In this document: positions 62,773 to 64,000 of the stretch, one piece after another
Layout: each line of letters begins with the position of its first letter
How positions within the stretch are numbered: position 1 is the stretch's first letter
Origin: Paramecium tetraurelia
Taxonomy: Eukaryota
DNA length: 64,000 nucleotides
Assembly (NCBI GenBank): GCA_000165425.1
Contig: CT868474.1
Location: 124,001 to 188,000, forward strand
Direction: 5' to 3'
Made by a program: the position numbers and the translations under genes
The notes under the pieces: generated by a model
Seen by the model: only the letters and a program-made list of their open reading frames with translations
Told to the model about the DNA's origin: nothing
Databases searched by the model: none

Positions 62773-63618
62773 ATGAGCAGCAGAGACGAATTGCTTTATA
62801 TGGCCAGACTCACAGAGTAAACAGAGAGATTCGAGGACATGGTTAACTACATCAAACAATTAGTTAGTGTAGGATAAGAATTGTCAGTAGAGGAGAGAAA
62901 CTTGCTCTCTGTTGCTTACAAAAACAGCATTGGAGGAAGAAGAACAGCATGGAGAGTCCTGTCTAGCATTGAGAACAAGGAAGAAGGAAAGGTATAGAAA
63001 TCTCACTTTTTATTAATTCAAAAACTTATACCTTATATTAAATCATCTTTATATCATTATTGTAGGCTCAAACAAATCCAGCAAGTCAAAGAAACCTCAC
63101 ATTAATTAGATCTTACAAGAAAAAAATTGAATAGGAATTGAACGGATTTTGCAATGATGTCCTCAACCTCATCGACACATCCCTCATCAGGACAGCTACA
63201 AACTCAGAAGCTAAAGTCTTCTATTACAAGATGAAGGGAGATTATCATAGATATATCTCAGAATATTCAAGCGGAGACCAACATAAGCAAGCTGCTGATG
63301 GTGCATTGGAAGCTTATCAACAAGCCTCAAATGTTGCTAATTCAGAGCTCAAAACCACAAATCCAATTAGATTAGGTCTTGCTCTCAACTTCTCAGTTTT
63401 CTACTATGAAGTCTTGAACGACCCAACAAAGGCATGCAGCTTAGCTAAACAAGTATATATATTTTCAAAATATCTTCAAGGCTTTCGATGATGCTATCGC
63501 TGATATCGAATAAATCGAAGAATCATAATATAAGGATGCCACCACAATTATGCAATTAATTAGAGACAACCTCACTCTTTGGACTTCTGAATTAGAAGAT
63601 GAAGAAGGACCCAAATGA
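62773..63618 (+). CDS. 14-3-3: 14-3-3 protein
   Basis: [57 protein letters not shown]; introns 62992-63065 and 63453-63480. Confidence 0.98.
62992..63065 (+). other. 74-nt GT..AG intron in 14-3-3 (length outlier)
   Basis: Removal joins KEEGK to [22 protein letters not shown] in frame; no internal GT/AG pair could define two tiny introns. Confidence 0.85.
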
Positions 63619-64000
63619 TAGAGGTATATGAAATATATATATATATAAAATATAAAAATATATAAATAAACACCATTAAATTAATCTAGCCTTTAATCAT
63701 AAAGGTAGATTCTTGAATCAAGTCTAGGTAAAGTTTGGGCTTAGTAAATACTTATGAAGTAAAATTTATTATATAAATATTAATATGAAAGGAAAAATCT
63801 TTTTTCTTATTTATAAACAACCATATGATATACAGCGAGTTTCCAATCTTGAATAAATTAAATGCCATTTATAAATTTTAGTACAAGTCATTTTTTTGAT
63901 TTTTAACCATTAGAGATTATTACTATTGAAAATCTTGTTTAGATTAACTTGCTTGAAATTAAACATATTCAAATCTATAATTTTGTCTAAGGAAAATAAG

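Noticed and set aside
62992..63065. Intronic snoRNA in the long 14-3-3 intron
   Set aside because: No box C (RTGATGA), box D (CTGA) or H/ACA hairpin structure is visible.

Overview
AT-rich, extremely gene-dense eukaryotic DNA that reads as a Paramecium-type ciliate somatic (macronuclear) chromosome segment. TAA and TAG encode Gln, TGA is the only stop, and genes are split by tiny (~20-35 nt) GT..AG introns. The supplied standard-code ORF track is therefore only fragments or antisense shadows. Re-translating by eye with code 6 gives about 30 genes: H-type lectin, PX proteins, NIF/CTD phosphatase, CLN3/battenin, a twin-CX9C protein, bacterial-type 3-hydroxybutyrate dehydrogenase, GDT1/TMEM165, Myb/SANT factor, AMP deaminase, C2H2 zinc-finger protein, FAM135, HSDL2-like SDR, RPA49-like Pol I subunit, ankyrin protein, NDR kinase, ABCC and ABCA transporters, cNMP-binding protein, PPR protein, ANP32, family III CoA-transferase, an EGF+7TM protein, a Rad21/Rec8 kleisin and 14-3-3. 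The most interesting observations are a C2H2 factor fused to a duplicated His/Cys metal-binding module, an EGF-7TM GPCR-like protein, CLN3 and a twin-CX9C gene whose ATGs lie 6 nt apart, a 74-nt outlier intron that could hold a 46-bp IES-like insert, and a PTS2-bearing HSDL2. All gene models were read by eye, so boundaries of the hypothetical genes are approximate and no database search was run.
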